Origin: an uncultured bacterium
GTDB lineage: Bacteria; Omnitrophota; Omnitrophia; Omnitrophales; Aquincolibacteriaceae
Assembly: GCA_964445745.1 (NCBI GenBank)
Contig: CAYULU010000001.1
Coordinates: 35,873 to 99,872, forward strand
Reading direction: 5' to 3'
Length of the DNA stretch: 64,000 bases
Shown: positions 1-15,000 of the stretch, piece after piece
Numbering within the stretch: the stretch's first letter is position 1
Layout: each line of letters begins with the position of its first letter
The notes under the pieces: model-generated
What the model was told of the DNA's origin: nothing
The model's database searches: none
Seen by the model: only the letters and a program-made list of their open reading frames with translations
Program-made: the position numbers and the translations under genes

Positions 1-56
1 ACGGACTCAGCAAAACATGGGAACAGGTAAAAAGTCCCACGTCTGAACCTGCATCT

Positions 57-3000
57 GTGGAGACGATAGCAGAAGGTCCAACAGATATGACAACACTCCC
101 CACTGCGGTGCCTCTTGCGGATGCTGTTCAGCAGAAACTGGCACAATTTCATGACACCTTAGATGAAATGGGAGCAACGGTTGACATGCCTGTGGAGGAT
201 CGTGCGGCCCAAGTTCGGGAGATCCGGGAAGGACTAACCAGGATTTCAAATGAGTATTTCGGCTTAAGCGGGGATGGAGCTATTGCTACATCTTTTGTGG
301 ATATCTCAAGACGGGTTGCTCAAGAGGAGTGGGCATTGCGACCTGCAGAACCTGCTATTCCAGCACCAAAATCCAGTCAGGATGTTGGGAGTACGATCGT
401 CGCAGTTGTCGGTGACGGAGCGGTGGCCGGTGTTGTGGCAGTAGCGGCTGAGGTAGCGGATGCGGTCGAGACAGCAAAGGCTCTCGGCGTGTCACCGGGC
501 GGCGAGACGCCAGCAGTAGCTACACTTACAAAGGCTGCTGTTGGAGGGCAAGTCATTGCAGGAGCGGCACTGTATGATGCTCTGAAGAAAGGCATTACTG
601 ATCCAACCGTTCAGAGTGCGTTACGAAACGAGCTTGAAAGAAGTCCGATGCCGACCACGACTGAGGAAATGCTTTTTAGTGAGATGGCACAGCTTTATTC
701 ATTGCTGGCGGCGAGTGAAGAAGCCCTTAAGACCCAAGAATATTCAGATCAATACCGAAAGTGGACGGCATTTGTTAACGCGGGACTGAATGCCGTTTTA
801 ACGAGACATTACGAAAAAACAAGGTACCAGGGAACGGCTGAGGAGGCTTATCCTGGAGATCCCTCGATTGTTAAATTAGTGCCTTACACAAGGACGAATT
901 CCACTTCGCGTTATGACTCGTGGAGTGCGTTTGCCGGAGCGGGACTTCGGACCGGCAGTGACATGGTTCAGTTCAATGAAGTACTAGAGGCCGAAGCGGC
1001 TTCTGCTCTGAGCAATTACCAGATCGCAGTGGCCCAGGTGATACAACAAAAACTTTTTCACATGACTGAAATCGCTACGCTCAATGAACGGTTGAATCGG
1101 CTTGATGCGATTAAGAGAGCTTATCTTGATAAAATTCAGAGTTTGCAGGAGACCCTCAGCAAATCTCACGCTTCACTGCCGGCGCTAAAACGACAGTTGG
1201 AAGCGTCCCTAACAAGCCTTGAAATTGCCAGATCAAACATTTTGGCGTCTCGAGACAGGCACAAGACCCGGCTCGCGTTTTTAATGGGGCGTGATCCCAC
1301 ATTTGCGCATAACGATAAGGACTACACCAGCTATGTTGAAACGCTAACCTATGACACGATCCGTAATGCCGCGCTGACAGATGAGCGCACGGATGACGGG
1401 ATCCGCATTATCGTCGAACAAGCTCAGAATTATATTCTTCGCCGCTCGGCTGAACTGGATAAGGTGCTCCCCGGTCTTAGCTGGCAGTTGACGGCTCCTG
1501 AGGCCCTGGTAAGCCTTGGAGATGAAAGTGATTGGACGGCGAGGGTCAATCTCTTTACCTTTGATATTGCTTGGTCTTTCAAGGATTACATGGAGAACCA
1601 GTGGGTGAACGCAAAAACCGAAGCGGCGAAAGCCTCGGTGATGGGCAGGATGGTTGATATCCAACATGATGCAATTAAGCGGCTCTATGAACTTCGCTCA
1701 CTTCAGGCTTATGTTCAACAGATCAAGAAACAAAGCACAACGGAACTGCTTGTTGTTGAAGCCTTGCTGACTAGCGTGACCCAAAAACCTGTGCGCGATA
1801 TGGATCCGATCGCCGCGGCCGATCAATATATTCTTTTACTGGACCAGATTGCGTCTGCGGAAGGGGAACTCGTTAAATTGGAAAATGCTGAAGCCGAGTT
1901 AACCAAACAGCTTGACGGGATTAAGAACGGAATGACTAAGCTGGTTGAGGAAAATCAGGAGATCGCTAAGGAGGTGGGCTTTGATCCGGCCGGTGCGAAA
2001 TTTCGTGAAACCGCGGAATTCGGTTATCAGCAATTGACGGACAATGTTAATACAGAAGCTAACAGTCTTGTGGCGAGCTATGAGGACGCTCAAGATAAAG
2101 ATGCATTTATTCATGAACTATTGGCACCTAGCTCCCGTCTGGCGGCCGGTCAGTATCAAGCGGCGGCGATGCGGCTAGACCGGGTGCATCAGGAAAGGTT
2201 GCGCCTTTTTGCGTACCTGAATGCCGGTTTCGGAGCTTCGCTCGAGGACCCTGGTGCGTGGACCTTTGTTGTGAACGGCGGGGTTGGTTTTGACATTCCT
2301 CTTCTGAGTTTTACCCGAAGGGCCGCGAAGTATTCAGCAGACGCGGCCCAAGAACGCGCTGATTCGTATTTGCTAGATCTTGAGACCCGGACGCATTTTG
2401 AACTCAAAGTGTTGCTTGACCGGCTTGCGTTCATGGGAAAGCAGATTACGGACCAGACAAATCGCGTTCAAACCGCTCAGAAAGTTCTTGCGGAACGTGT
2501 CGTGGAGGTCCGTAAACGCCTTGGGGAGAGAGGGATCGTGGTTGATGATGAAACTGGCCGTATCCTTGATGCGCTCTCGGCGGGTCAAACGGATGAATTA
2601 ACAAAACTCATTCCGGTCTTGGTTGGTAGGCCTATGGCTGAGCGGCTTGAAGAAAAAATCTGGGAAGCTCTGGCGGGTGCGGCGAATGAATTGGCAAAAG
2701 AAAAAACCGCTCTGTCCGCAATGACTGATAACCGGGTGAAGGTTCAGCTTCTTGTCAAAAGGCTCGTGACGCCGGACTTTCGATCGGTTCCTTCCGCGGA
2801 AGCTTTGACGCAGGCCAATAAGGAATTTACCGACGCTGACTATCAGGCTCAATTAAAACGAGTCACCAATCCTTACTTCCGGTTTCTCAATGAGAATGGC
2901 ATATTTTTACCGTCAGCAGCCAAAGATTTGAGGACAATGGAGGGTGTGTTAGCAAGGTTCCTTCCGGAGATGAAGGAGGCGGCGGATTCAGCGTGGGCGA

Positions 3001-6000
3001 AGTATCCGAAGTTTAGAGAATCGAAACAAGCCGGTGATGCTGAAAAAGAGAGGTTGATTGCTGGCGAGACAAAGAGGTTAGAAGAAAAACGAGAGGAGTT
3101 GGCTGGCGCAAGAAGGCAACTTGATCTCGAAAAACCCGATGAGAAAGCAGATAAAAAGACCCAACGGGCGTGGCAAAAAAGCCTTAGTGATCTAGATAAA
3201 AAACAACAGAAATTGGACGAGGAATTGCTGGAACTCGGGAAAGTCGAAAGTTTGATACGGACTTATAAACTTTTTGAGGAGTCCCAAGGGAAACTTCAGC
3301 GTCTAGTCGGTGATGCCAATAATCAGTCGCTCGAGGATCAGCGCCATGCGATGCGGGAGCTCCTTGAGGGGCTTGTCACCGGTACGGAATCTTATTTAAC
3401 TTCCGAATATCTTCTTGCCAAGATGCTTGACCTCGGAGCGTATGAATCCCGTGATGACTGGTATCAGGGCATCCGACAGATGCTAGGATTTATCGGGGAC
3501 GAGGGGACCTCAGTGTTCGGGTACACGGGCAGGATCGAGGCGATCCAGGCGGCGTTTGTGAATGTTGAAAAAGCTTGGGCTGCCATGAAAGCGGATCTGG
3601 GTATATATGGGGGAGTTGGATATCAGCGGTCCAGAGTTCAGCCTGAGACCGGTGAAGTTACTACAGGTTCGGTTTTTACGGTTGGTTTAGGAGGTATATT
3701 CAACCATTTAAAACGAGTGATTTTGGGAGCCCGATCCGGTTCTCAACAAACCGTGGCCCAACTATTAGCGGAAAGTTCCGGCGAAGTCATTGCGCGTGCC
3801 AAAGCCCATGCCCAAGAATCGAATGAAACATGGGGGATCCAAAGCGAGATGGGAAAACTGGCGGCACGGATCGAGCTTTATGAAAAGATCAAAGAGGAGT
3901 TTCTGCAATGGCGTGCCTCCTATGAACCAAGACCCGACGGTGTACGAACCAATGTAGATCGGTTACGGTCTCTCCTTGGTCCTGATCGCACGACAGATGA
4001 AAGTTATAGCTTGAAAACGGCTGATCTGGAGGCACGTATCCAAAGTGATACGGAAGCTATTCGGTATTTAGAGGCTCAACTGAAGCGCCTGGGTTTTTCA
4101 CCGAGTGTGATTCGACAGGGAACGGCGCATGCCGAAGGCTTCCAGTCGGAAACAACCGCGCTGGCCCCGATTGGCGAGCAGTTGCGGGAGATGAGTCGAG
4201 AAAACTACAGCAGGCAGTCCGTTACATTGAATTCCATGTTGGATTCGGTCCTCGCTCGATCGACCGCAGGACCTTCCGCTTATGCGACTTCGGCATCAAT
4301 GACACAATCGCCATTTTACCGCGATGCGGGGGTTTTTTATCAAAGCCTGGATGCGGATGCCGGGTTGCCGGGCGCTGACAGTAATCGCTTCGCGGTTTTT
4401 AGCTGGAGCGGCGCCGATCTTTTCGGGAGTCAGAAACAAACCTACACTCTTATGCTGCGCCATACGAAGAGCCTTGAAGATTCGGCGGTCAAAGAGAACG
4501 AACGGGTGATTCAATCCAAGGTCCGGAGCATTGTTTCAGCGGCCAGCCGGTTGCGCGTTTTGAACCGAATGCAAAAGCTACTCGCGGATCAGGTGTCCGG
4601 ACTTCAAAAGCTTGAAGCAATGATCGGCGCGAGTCGTTATGAACACGGTATCAAAGCAAGAAGTTTTGATGCTTTGGAAACCATCGCGTCACATGAATCT
4701 GAGGACGCGTTTGCCGCTAACTTGAGCGCACTCTGGGCCGAAGTCAAGGGGATGAGCGTCGGCGAAGATGAGAAAAAGAAAATCTTTTACGACCGCCTCG
4801 CGGATCTAATGAAGGTGGAAGAAAATAGTCTGGCGAAGGATCTCGATAGTCTTAAGAGACAGGCTGGTGAATTAGGGATCGCTCTGGATCTTGTTGAAGG
4901 ATTGGATCTTACGCAGGTCGGCAATCTTGAAAATTACGAATCGGATGAAGCGGTTCGCGCCCGGATTCGCGAAGAGATTAACAGGCAATTTGTCAAAACG
5001 CTGAATCAGAATCGCCTGCAGGTTTCTGTGAAGCTTGGCCTGAGCCATCCGTCCCATCAGTCCGCGCTTTCAGAGGGCGAGCCGTTCCTCGGGTTTGGCG
5101 CTTCTTATCTCATTTATGATTCTAATCTCCAGGCGATGATTAATTTTTGGGAAAACCGCGGATCCATCGAACAACTTTGGGCGAGGCAGGGAGATCAGGA
5201 TGATAAAGTTCGCTGGCTTGAGCTTGGCCTCGACGTTGAGAAGCTTCAAAAGGAGGTCGAACTGCGCAAGCAGGTCGTGGAATCTGTCGCGGTAGCGTAT
5301 CAGATTGCTCGTGAGCGGGCACGGCGCGATGGCTATCCGGACGCCCCGATTGATGCCGCGTTCCGCTACATGAACGAACTCAAGGCTTACAAAGGGGCTG
5401 TGGACGCTTATTGGGAAGCCAGTCAGCGAATGATTGATTTTGCCAAAGAGAAGAAATTTGAAATCGAACTGCCGCGCGGCACTGAAGATTCGATCGAGCG
5501 CATCAAGGCCATGATCCCGAAATGGATCGAAGATGATACGACCGAGGACGTAACTGCTCCGAAATATCTTGACGAGACCGTGAAACCGGAACTGATCGGC
5601 GAAGGCACACGCGCCGCAGATTTCTCAGTGGATGAAACATTGATGTATAAGGACCAGCAATTGGCCACTGCTGTTTCAGATTTACTCAAAACTTTGGGAA
5701 TAGCTGACCTTTCTGCGGAAGCCACTCTAAGCCAGATTAAGGACCGGAAAGATCTTGAAACGGTCATGGTGAATATTTTCGGGAGGGTGGCGGAGCGGTA
5801 TGGGCGAAGAGATCCGGCCGCTTGGGTGGGGCAGGTCGCCAAGTCTTATCAATCTCTTACAAAGGATCAATTTTTTGAAAAGACCGGATTTATGGAGGTC
5901 GGCCTTGGCGAAGAGATCTGGGGTAACTTGTTCAGTCAGTGTTTTTCGATGGGGCCTTCGGCCCACAAGTTGCTCGACCAAAGCGGTATTGATATGAATC

Positions 6001-9000
6001 AGCTTGCCATGGCGGCATTCATGGGCGAGTTGGGCCAGTTGGCGGCTTCCCGTGGTGAAGATGGCGATTCCCAAAAGATAGCTCAAGCGCTCGTCAATGA
6101 TTTCCCGGGCGCGATTGCCGCTCTTGAGAGGATGCGAGGGCAGTCGCCGGGGACCTATTCTCTGAGGAGCCCGGTTGAGGGGGCGGAAGTTCTGACGCTC
6201 GTTCTTTATCGAGCGATGGGAGATGAAGCGTTGAGGGACTTAACATTTGACAAGATACTTGAGAATGAGGATCACAAGCGTGCGATCGAAAATCTTTCTC
6301 CTGAATTCAATCTGAATAATATTTTTCCGGGAATTATGGGTGTTGAACGTAATAAGGACGGTTGGGTGGACGGGTGGAAAGAGACTACGAAGTTTCTGTC
6401 GATCGCTTCCGGTCTTTATGATGTCGAGACCCAGACGGTTAAACTCCGTGAGATCCCGGTGGGTGATCCGGAAGAATTTGCTTATGTTATGGCCCAGAAC
6501 ATTGCGACTATCCTGGCACATCCGCGCCCCGGCCCGGACGCGAACCCGGATCAGATTGCTGATTATCAAAAGATGATGGAGCAGATGGCCTATCTGACGG
6601 CTCGATTCTCGCATCATCTCGCAAACTCCACGAATTTGACCATCAAGGAATCAGATTTGACGAGCACGACCTACCTCCGGCTAAAAGCCCTGGAAGCAAA
6701 GATGATCGATGAAGAAAAGACTCAAATGATCGATCCTGTGTCCGGTACGGTGGTGACTTTAGAAAATGTCAAAATTCGAAAACAGGCGGCCCGTGATGCG
6801 GAAGTCGAAGGGCGCCGGATGTCGAACGCGCTCGCTTATGTGAATGATGTCCTTTTTGGTTCCGGGCATGATGCCGGAGAAAATCGGAAGGAGTGGCTTG
6901 AAAAAGATCTCGCGGAGCGGCTCAGGCTCACCGAAGACAGAGTAAGGCTTGAAGATGATTTCTGGGGCAGAAAGGAACTTCAGGGTTATTTAAGTGAGCT
7001 TACCACCGGAGCTGATGGTAAAAAATATAAAGGTGATCGCCCGGCGACGGCGATGGAAATTTATAAAGACAAACAGCAGGTTGGAGGAAGTATTTCCAAC
7101 ATGGCTTGGGAAGCGCTCGGAGAAACCGGGAAGACGCTTGATCGTGAGTCCTTGGCGTATATGGAAACACTAAGCGCGGAGATAGCGGTTCTTGAGACCC
7201 GCATAGTTCACCCTGCCACTTCCGCGGCTGATAAATTGGCGGCGCAGGACACAGTGAAAGGTAAAAAATTCTTGCTTGAGCGCTTTAACCATGCCAAGGC
7301 TAAAAAGGTAGCAGACTATACGGTTCTTATGGGCGAAGAAACCGGCAGGGGTGATAAGTCATGGACAGAAAGTGACCGGATTGCGCGTGTGATCGCGACA
7401 CGCAGAGTCATGAGGGATTTGCGCCCCAAGGCGGAAGGTTTGCTCGGGGAGTTGAGTAATGATGATCCTTACGATGTGAGTATTCTGAGAATGTTGGCGG
7501 AATCGGCGTTGCCGGATATTCAGCCAAGGTACATGCCTGGGGCGGGAGGGTTTGATCGAGAGAAAGACTGGCAGAACTGGGAGGATCTGGGGATTGAACG
7601 GCGGAGGGAAATACTGAACAACCGACTGGATTATGCTCGCATAATCAACGCGCAACTGAAAAAGGAAGGAATCGAGCTACGGCTGAAAGACACGAAAGAC
7701 ACGCCGGTTAATTTGCGCGGTAAGGACATGGGGATGCTGATAGCGGACGCGATGGAGGCGAGCGGGGAAACGGGAAACAAATTGGGTTGGGAAGCTGTTC
7801 AGCATATTGAGAAACTTGAAAATGAAATAATAGAACTTAAGGCGAAGATTGCAAGAGATGCCACGCCAGATCCAACGGTTCAGGCTCAATTAAACGAAAA
7901 ATTGGAAAACTTGGCTGTTTGGAAAGCTGCGCAGAAAAAAGTGGCCAAAGATTATGAAGTGCGGCAGGGGTGGGAAGACTCAAAGCGGATTGAGCGGATG
8001 GTGGAACTTCGCAAGATCATCAAAGCGATTCGACCCTATGTCGAAAGAATCTACGGTCCGTTGGATGACTCAAACCCCCGCGACTCGGGAATTCTTCGGA
8101 CCTTGGCGGAACTCGTTTATGGAGACGTTCAGGATGCACATATGCTTGGCGCCCTGGGTTTTGACGATGCCGAGGAATGGGCAGAGTGGCGGGACATGGG
8201 CAAAGATAAGCGTCAAGCGGTTTTAACCGGCCGGCTTCAAATTGCCGCAAATCTCAATCGTTCGCTCCAGGATTCGGGCATTGTCCTCGACCTCAAAGAT
8301 ACCAATGTCACCAACTTGGACGAAAAAGGCGCGGATATGGGGCTCTTGATGGCGATCGCGGAAAACCCGGAGGCTTGGAAAGAATTCTTTGGGCTTCAAA
8401 AAGGGAAAGACGGTAGCTGGAGCGTACAGCTTAAGTCCCCGTATCCTTCCCGAATCAAGGCTTTGTTTGAGATGGTGGAGGAAGAGCGCGGCCAAGCACT
8501 TGATCCTGCCAAGTTTTCGATCGAGGGCTTTCTGCGCGCAACAGATCCAACTGGAATTCGAGGTTCGATGTCGGTGAGAAGGCAGCAGGCAGATTGGTTG
8601 AGTGTAGCTAGCCGGCTCGTTTTTAATGCGGAGAAAGAACTTGGGGCAGGGGCGGATGTAAAAGCTGTTAAAGCGAGAGCCGTAGAGATAGGAAATAGAA
8701 AGATCGAAATTTATAAAGTTGCGAATAATGAAGGAATGGCTCTGACAAGAAATAATCTCGAATTCGAAGATGAAAATCTTGAATCTCTGCAGAAGAGCGA
8801 CGAGGGTCTTACGGCGCAAATTTATTATCGGTGGATCAAAGAAGCTAGGGGCGCTCGCGAAAAAGCCGGGGAAACAATTTTGGCTGATTTAAATGAAAAG
8901 AAACCGTTTTGGATGCATCCAAAAGAACTGATAGCGATGAGAGCCAAGGTCGTGGGGCGAAAAGAAGAATCGAATAATCCGGGTCTAGCGAACGAGCCGG

Positions 9001-12000
9001 GGGATGCCACCGCGGACCGTGCGGTGATCGACTTGCTGATCGAAGACGGCAAGATCACGGCGGCGAATGCTGAAAAGGCTTTGGATCGAACAAAATACGA
9101 GACAATGGTCAAGATGTACCTGCAGGCCGCTTATATGCTCTATAACCTTGAGATCCCGGAAAATGCTGCTCCCGGCAGCAATGAGCGTGTGTCAAAACGG
9201 CTTCAGACCGGAGATCTTTCTTCGAAGATCAATCCGATCATGGCGGCCTATGACAGCGACAATCTTAAGGAGGCCGAGCGTCTTTTGCAGAGAGAAGCTC
9301 AGATCCTGAAATTGACCGGTCTTTTTAAGGCCGCGCTGAATGGGGACAATACTATCCCGATCGCGGATAATCCCTATGCTGCAATGGCGGTTAATTTTCC
9401 AGATCTGATATCGAAAGAATTAGAGAAGATGGGGATACATCTTCAACCCAAAGACGTTACTAAGATTTTTAGGAATATGTCGAAGGAAAATGTTGAGGGG
9501 CTTATGTCCAGGGTCATGTTCCTTCAGGAATCTAATGCGCCCTTCATGGAAAAGGATAATGACAGCGAGGCTGTTGATTACATATATAACTGGCTCCGGG
9601 ACATGGCATTCTTTTCCGCAGCCGCGTACGAGGTATACGGCTATTTCCCGACCTATGAGAAACTCGAAAGCTTGTTGAAAGATGCCCGGGGAAGTATGGA
9701 CCGGCTGCCCACGGGTCCGGTGAATGGTGGACTTCGCAGGTGGTATGAAAAAAAGAAATTAGCCGGTATCCTTTTGCGCGATGCGGATCTTGCGGGCGAT
9801 CGCACGCTCAAACCGGTGATCGTTTCTCCGGTCGGTCAAAATGTCCCCGGACCGGAAAGATCTCTCGCTGCGACACAGCCTGCGGACGAGTCTTTCAGCC
9901 TCCGTGAGATCCTGACGGCTCGATCGATCAGAAGGAATGTTTTTCAGGAGCTCCAGCCTTTCTCACCGTTTAAAGATCAAGGGGACGGCATAGGGGATCT
10001 ATGGTATGCCAGAAAATTTAAAGCGATCAAGGTTCAATTGGTAAAAGAAAAACCGGAGGTAACAGAATCGGAAATTCTTTCGGTCCAAACAAGGTTTGTG
10101 TCGGAGATGAAGCGTGCTCGCGAGCTGTTTTTGAGATCTTCCAATGAAAGTCAGGACGTATTGCCTGAGAACGCCGCAGCCCAAGCGGATGCGTTCATGG
10201 GGGAATGGGCGGATTATTGGATTAGGAATGTTTTAAGTGATGATGCGAGAAAAGATAGGCTGGAATCTTTGGCGGCTTCGACCGCGAGGATGAATGCCGA
10301 TCGGGTCAGGGCTGAGCGGGAATCCGCAAGAAAAGGGAATGCGGCGGCTATCCGGGAGAGGGTTTTGGCGGGCGAAACCGAGCAGGATATCCTGAAGAAA
10401 AACGCTGCCGCCATCACCGATTTTTATAATCAGTCGTCATGGAAAGGGGACGGAAAAATAGGCGCCCGGCTGTTGAGGAGCTACGCTGATGAGATGATCA
10501 GTCAGGGATACTCAGAAGAGGAGATCGTCCTTCTCCGGCTTTATATTCGTCCCCGTTTGATCGCAATCGTATGGCCAGGACTCAGCGCTCGTGATCTGGA
10601 TGTCCGACATCTTGCTGATATCGATGCGTGGTCTCTTGAGATCCTTGATAGTGTGAGCGATCTGAAAAAACTGGACGATATCGATAATAAAATTGATGTT
10701 CGGTTTTCAGAGATCCAAGCTTTTAAAGGCCAGATAAGGGGTCTTCTGAATGCAGACGCGTCCTTCGTTGAGTTGGGAAAAACCGAGGAGGGAAGGCTTA
10801 AGCAGAAAAACATGGTGAACCGTTTGGCGAATGATGCTTCAAACAGGAAGCTGTCGCCGGACAAAATTACAAAATGGTTTGAGGTCGCTAAAAAGATGGT
10901 GCCGGTGCCTGTTTTGGGGCCTGCGGCGCCGGGAGACAAAGGCTCGAGGCAGCCCGTAGGTTTGAGCCGGGCGCTTTGGTATGCGGACAGTTTGATGCAG
11001 TTGGGCATTGCGGAAAGTCTGAAACCGATCTCATGGAGTGATCAGGTCGCGAAGGGCATGACCGATCGATTTTTTGTTTCCATAGATGAGATGTACGGCC
11101 TCGCGCCGCGGGATCCGGCTACCCAGGAAAAGCAAGAGCTCACGCCGAGACAAGCAGCACTATTCTCAAAGGCGGGGTATGAGGAACTTCATAATTACGA
11201 CAGAAAATGGAAAGAAATGTGGACGCCAAGTGCGAAATGGTATGAGTTTTGGAGATGGGATGAACTCTGGAACCCCACAGGTGTGATCACCAAGGACCAG
11301 ATCGAAAGAATGGGGCTTGATTGGGCGGAAGTTTCCACAAAACTCGTGAATGAAAATAAGGCGACATTTAAGAAGGACTGGTTGTTTTGGAAGAATCCGG
11401 ATGCTTTGAGGTTGACGCAGAATGTGGGCGACGAGATTGCGAGAGACGCTGTCCAAAAAAGAGCGCAATTCCTGCTGGATCGCGGAGATATTCTTCCCGT
11501 AGATTTCGATATGTTCCTGCGGCGCGTCCGGAGTAATTATCAGCAAACGATCGATCAGCGGGCGCGCGGATTCTCGGACGGTTACCTTGAGATCGACAAG
11601 ACGCAGGTTTCTTCCGTGTCACCGTTTGTTATTGCCATGATCGCCGATCAGCAGAATCCACAGCAGAACCAGCAGTTCGGGTTTTTCAAGATGTTCTTTG
11701 GCGATGCCGATCCTAAAGACCTCTGGCGCGCGGATTCCTTGGTCAACTCCGCCATGGCGAGCGCAGAGCGCCGTGTGAACATGGAGATCGTGGATAAGAG
11801 TTCTCCCTCTGATAGCGAAAAGGGTTGGATCTCGCGCCTTCTGAGTCCTGAAAGAGCGGCTGGAAAGAGCTGGTGGCGCGCTCACGTTGATAGGTTAGTA
11901 CCCTCCGCGAAGAAGGATGCTCAGGCGCCTCTTTTTGGAGCATCGATCTATGCGGCTTTGGCCGGACTTGTTTTCCTGGTTGTCGCTCTTTTCAGTACCA

Positions 12001-15000
12001 AACGGCGCATTCCAAAATATGGCTTTGATAAAGCGAAAGACGCTGCCGAAAAACCGGCCGCGATTGCTGCTGCTTTAACTGCTGCGCAGGCCGAAAGGAC
12101 CCGTCTCGCAGCGGTACTTGCGGCTGCGGAGGCTGCGCAACAGCCGCCGCCGGCGCAACGGTCCGAGGTTCGCTCAATCGAGGAAATTAGGGCCGCGATC
12201 GCTGCCCAAGACAGACGGATCAAAGAGCTCGAGGCTAAGCAACAAGTATTTGCCGGTCTTCCTGCCGCTGAACAGGAGAAGCTGAAAGCCGACGAAAAGG
12301 CTTGGGATAAGCATCAGACTCTTTCACGGTTCCGTCTGGATCTACTTGCCGCGCTCATGTTCTCGATGCGTGTATTCCTCGTGCTTTGGATTGCCGCGGC
12401 TCTGACACCTTACTTGGGTCTTACCTGGGCTTTTGCTTTACCCCTTGCATTCACGCTCGTATTTCTGAAGATCTATGGCTGGTTGTACAAGAATCTTAGC
12501 TATGTGGGGATCTCAGTCTTGAGTGCGACGATCAAAACCCTCGTGTTCACGCTTGTTGTCATTGTTCCGATTACGGGGGTACTCGTATCATTGACCCCGT
12601 GGGTTACTTTGGGGGGATTTTTTGGCGGAGCCTTGGGAATCGCTACGATTCTTTGGACGACGGTTCTTCTTCAGCCGGGGTTATTGGTGATGGGCCTTAT
12701 GTGGGGCGTCATGCTGGTTCTTATGACGAAGTGGGCGGATCCTCAGTCATCGCTGATCGTGGTGGATATGAAGGACGAGGTTCGCGAGCAGTTTAAAAAG
12801 GATTTTGCTGAAGAAGAGGCGCAGAGGGTTCTTAGGGATTTACGTGAGCTGCGTGATTGGCTTCAGGCTGCCGAGAAGAAAGCTGAAAAGGACAAAGTGA
12901 CAGTCGCAACAGCTTTGGGGACGGGGAAGGGGAGTCTGAAGGAAAAGATACAGGCGAGGATCGCGGAACTCAGGAACAGTCTTGTTGTGAAAAACGGGAA
13001 TACTTATATCCGGATGCCGGACGGCAGCCTGTATTTTAAAGAAGGCGAGATGGCCGTTGTGAAAGGTGTTACGCTTCATGCCGGGGGCACTCAGGAAATG
13101 GACGAGGTCGTCTATTCCTTCGCCGAGAGCTTGATCCAGAATAACATTGAACAAGCCAGGTTTGCCTTGGGGATCAACGGTGGAAGCATCACCAAATACA
13201 TGAAATTGAAGGACCGCTATGAAAAGAAAGAAATAACAAAAGAAGATTACGAAAAAGAGCTTAAGACGTACAAGGTCGGGAGTTTGACCATTGAAGAGTA
13301 TGTGCGTGGACTGAGAAAACGTCTTGAGGTTTACGCTCTTGTGATCCCTGACGTGCAAAGAAGGTTGCAGATCTTTTTGGAGCCGGGGTGCAGAAAGCCG
13401 TTTCCGAACGTTCTGAAGTGGGGTGCGTTTACGATGTACGGGGAAGACGGCTCCAAACGGAACGCGGAAAATACAAAAGGCGGGTCCATGGGACAGGTCT
13501 CCTCAAAGGGCATAAATTTTGTGACGACGTTTAACATCTTCGGACGTAGGATCCTGCTCGGTATGACTCCCGCGGTGATCGAGGCCTGGCTTGCGGAGAA
13601 TGGCGGTGCAAAACCCGGTGATCTCAGGATCCCTCTGGCGGCCGCTAACGAGCCTTTCTTTGCGGGAGTTATTAAAATACCGCCTCAGGATATCGATGGC
13701 TGGATTGCTGAGGTCGATGCTTCTTCCAAAAAGCCCCAGACGATAGACGAAATGGTCATTCCTCTCGAAGAGACCCGTAAGGATGAGAATCTGATGGGTC
13801 AGTATTATCCTCAGTTGGATGAACAGGGGAATCTCGTACCGAGAGTTAAACATTCGACAACGGTAGATGGAGGGAATTATGTTAGCAATGGTTCCATTCT
13901 GACGGTATCCCAGGCCCTTGCGGACCGTCCTGATGTCGGAGGGCTGCAAATGGATACCGGCTATCATACTGAGGATGGGACTTCGATGGATTGGGTACAG
14001 CGCCGGTTTGCCCATCATTCCGGGTTCTGGACAATTCGTTTTAATGCGGCCGTGGCGGGTTTTGAGCGGTTCTTCGGGAAGTACACGCTTGTAACTCGAT
14101 GGGCGGGCGAAATGTCGCGTCCGACCGCCGGGATGCCCTGGGGTGCTTATTACACAAGGACCGTTATTCTTTCAGGTTTTATTCTGAATGCCATACGCCG
14201 GGCTCTCAGTGAAGGCGGCGGGTCTTATAAATTTGTGGCTGGTGTTGGGGATCTTGCGATAGTTAAGGATGGCGAACATAAGGGCGAGCTTGCCATTAAA
14301 GAGGCACTGAAACATACTGCTCGAAAGGCAGTTAATGATATCGTGATCGCAAAACTTCCCACGGGCGTTACTCTGGACAATGCCACAGATGCCCAGTTGG
14401 TGGAGGCGCTGAATAAAACCCTAGAGAATCCGGGACTCTATGAAAAGGCGAAACCTCTTTTGGACAATGCCGGAATTTCCAGAGCGGAAGCTATGGCGAA
14501 AAAAGGAAAAGATGCTGTTGCGCAACTTGGCTTGCGAAATCGTGCCATTCTCCAGGCGATATACGGCGAAGAAATACAAAATCAAACGGAATTATCTTCA
14601 ACCCTTGATCAAAAAGGGCTGAACGGCTATGCGGAAGGTTTTCCCGATGCGGTGAACGGGATCATCGCGAAAATGAACGGCGAGGATGAGATCGTCACGA
14701 ATACGCCCTCGGATAACTATGTCATCCACGATTATGTTCGCAGACATTATGACAGGATCAAGGCCTACAAGAGCATGCCGGAGGGACCTGCTAAGGGATG
14801 GTACTGGATGTGGAATCTCGGACGAGGACCAAAACTACCGATTGGGTGGTTGATCGCGAAGTTGTTCCGTGTATCGGAGCTTTCCGAGCGTTATTTGATT
14901 TTATCGCGTCTTTGGATAATCCATCTCCCGTCGTTGCATCAGCCGGCGCCGTTCGGAAAAGATTTTATGGATACGACCGGGATGGAATATTTTGACAAAA

